Positions 62,268-64,000 of a DNA stretch of 64,000 nucleotides are shown piece by piece. The notes below the pieces were generated by a model. That model ran no database searches. It worked only from the letters and a program-made list of their open reading frames with translations, and was not told the DNA's origin. Origin of the DNA: a virus (taxonomy: Duplodnaviria; Caudoviricetes); the IMG/VR virus record IMGVR_UViG_3300028888_000001; one strand, given 5' to 3'. The stretch's first letter is position 1. Each line of letters begins with the position of its first letter. Made by a program: the position numbers and the translations under genes.

Positions 62268-62446
62268 TTTATTTCTCCTTTCTTAATGAGGTAATGGTTT
62301 AGAGATAGAATTCCATTTCTTCTATCTCTTATGATTATAATATATAATCATAAACTTAGTTATTTACATTTATTTATAATATCGTAAGACTTATTACCCG
62401 GAAACATTCTTATAATTACAAAAAATACAGAAGGAGGATAAATTAT

Positions 62447-63025
62447 ATGAGCCTTCTATATAAGGATACCCCAGCTGGTTTTCATAGGGTACTCGATGGG
62501 CCATTAGATGATCATGAAATTTTTACTTCTAATGCCGCACTATTGGATTATTGTAAAAATGGCACTGCCTACCATGGGCAGCGTGTTTTATTAACTTATG
62601 AAGGATTATATGATCAACCATGTATCATTAAGAAGGGCCGTCAGTCAGATTATTTAGTACCAGTATTAGATCTACAATCTGGTATTGAACTAGTAACAAT
62701 GACTGAAGGAACAGATATCTATGGTCTTGTATGCTATTTCAATGATGGAAATATTTATACTGATGATAAAGACATTATGCTTAAGCTAGATGATATATAT
62801 TATTTCGCTATGCTGCCTCAAGCAGGATTATTAGCAAACTCAGATACCGAAATTACATATAAATTCCAAATTAAAAATAAACCAGATGAGCTATTAGTAA
62901 GCGGAAATGTATTTACTGGAAATGGTGTAGCAATAATGAATAAGATAAAAGAAAATCTTATTGCTAAAAACATACTTAAAGTATGGGTACGTTGTAACAA
63001 TTATTTTAATGCTACGGGGGTATAA
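62447..63025 (+). CDS. Putative tail-associated protein
   Basis: Late-type promoter at 62403, GGAGG SD; GPLDD..F..L..Y..AYHGQRV motif seen at fibre N-termini. Confidence 0.55.
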   Translation: MSLLYKDTPAGFHRVLDGPLDDHEIFTSNAALLDYCKNGTAYHGQRVLLTYEGLYDQPCIIKKGRQSDYLVPVLDLQSGIELVTMTEGTDIYGLVCYFNDGNIYTDDKDIMLKLDDIYYFAMLPQAGLLANSDTEITYKFQIKNKPDELLVSGNVFTGNGVAIMNKIKENLIAKNILKVWVRCNNYFNATGV

Positions 63026-63027
63026 AG

Positions 63028-63567
63028 ATGGCCGATTATAATTTGGGGCCTTATCGCCCCAGACCTATGGGTGAATTTGATGGCACCGTTAATTATAGAT
63101 ACTTAGACATAGTTAGATTTAACGGTGCCACATATATAAATATATTCCTAGATGATATAGATGGAACAGCATGTATTGGGATTCTTCCTACAGGACAAGA
63201 GAATTCTGAAGTGTATTGGATGTGTATAGCCGAGAAAGGCGATAAAGGTGACACTGGTGATGTGTACACCCCATACGTAGAAGTTAAAAACGGAGTATGG
63301 GACTTCTCTAAAGGTGATAAATGTTTTATTCCAGATAATTCTCCTGGGGGAGATGGAATTGTAATAGATAATGTATATGATGGTTGTTGTGGTATGATTA
63401 TAACTAAATATGATTTAGTTATACCAAACAATAGCCTTAAATCATTAGATTACAAATTCTGTGGTTTACGTAAACCAACAGATTATTATTTTTATACATT
63501 CACATATGCTAAGATGGGAGAAAACAATTTCTATATATGGCATAGGACGGTGATTACAAATGATTAA
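63028..63567 (+). CDS. Putative tail-associated protein
   Basis: NLG..RP.GEFD....Y..LDIV.FNG.TY..W..IAEKGDKGDTG motif typical of fibre/collagen-adjacent modules. Confidence 0.6.
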   Translation: MADYNLGPYRPRPMGEFDGTVNYRYLDIVRFNGATYINIFLDDIDGTACIGILPTGQENSEVYWMCIAEKGDKGDTGDVYTPYVEVKNGVWDFSKGDKCFIPDNSPGGDGIVIDNVYDGCCGMIITKYDLVIPNNSLKSLDYKFCGLRKPTDYYFYTFTYAKMGENNFYIWHRTVITND

Positions 63568-64000
63568 TGAACTATTTCAAGGGGTTCAAATGAATCATAA
63601 AAATAATCATACGCACACTACTCGTGAAGGCCATATGCTAGAAGAAGACTTTAAAATTCTTCCTATAGTAGAATATACCGGAAAGCCGACTTTCTTGAGA
63701 ATGCTTTCTCAGGGAATGTATAAGATCTATATAGATGAAGAATGGTATATATTTATGGTGCACGACATATTAGGCCCAGCAGATTTTATTAGAATAGATG
63801 ATCAATATAATGCTGTAGTTGTAAATAATATGGTTTCAAATCCGCTATATTTAAGAAAATTTAACAGTGGTTGTGATTTAAGAACCGATGGATTTTATTT
63901 ACAAAATACAGTTAACGATAGATTAGATATGCTAGTAATAGATGGGCTGACTAAATATGGGGACGATAAGTATATACGATTTGATACTCCTAGAAAAATA
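63560..64000 (+). CDS. Hypothetical protein (truncated at window end)
   Basis: ATG at 63560 overlaps the previous gene; frame open to 64000 (MINELFQGVQMNHKNNHTH...). Confidence 0.65.
   Translation, partial: MINELFQGVQMNHKNNHTHTTREGHMLEEDFKILPIVEYTGKPTFLRMLSQGMYKIYIDEEWYIFMVHDILGPADFIRIDDQYNAVVVNNMVSNPLYLRKFNSGCDLRTDGFYLQNTVNDRLDMLVIDGLTKYGDDKYIRFDTPRKI

Noticed and set aside
2693-63431. Numerous short antisense or alternate-frame ORFs in the track (e.g. 4271, 6943, 17097, 39714, 44023)
   Set aside because: Shadows of long genes, with no SD or recognisable motifs.
1-64000. Stop-codon reassignment as seen in some large gut phages
   Set aside because: Standard code gives long intact ORFs with high coding density; TAA, TGA and TAG all end plausible genes.

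Overview
AT-rich, densely coding segment of a large lytic (jumbo-type) phage genome, probably of a Firmicutes host. Support comes from strong GGAGG Shine-Dalgarno sites, SH3-domain lysin, LL-H-like holin, ThyA/DHFR/dUTPase/NrdG-like/deaminase nucleotide genes, RNase H, a 2254-aa baseplate-like protein and promoter motifs resembling those of AR9/phiKZ-related phages. Main discovery: a dispersed multi-cassette DNA-inversion (shufflon-like) system over 1-33.8 kb. One tail-fibre/tailspike gene (17077-20427) has a 391-codon constant N-terminus ending in the 14-bp site CTTTCTAACGATTT (read as L-S-N-D-L/F/I). The same site heads seven other long, in-frame cassettes without their own ribosome-binding start, on both strands. 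The eight alternative C-termini carry different predicted surface-polymer enzymes: GDPD, two SGNH esterases, metallophosphoesterase, two beta-helices, a sialidase-like propeller and one truncated unknown. Six silent cassettes sit back-to-back around three copies of an 88-bp spacer, one copy being inverted. A XerD-like tyrosine recombinase (26553-27578) lies inside the array. The predicted invertible segments also carry passenger genes (other fibre genes, lysin, tRNA-Ile(UAU), HNH nuclease, the recombinase itself). The right half holds nucleotide-metabolism, replication, kinase-like, virion structural and lysis genes. All protein assignments come from motif recognition by eye, not database searches.
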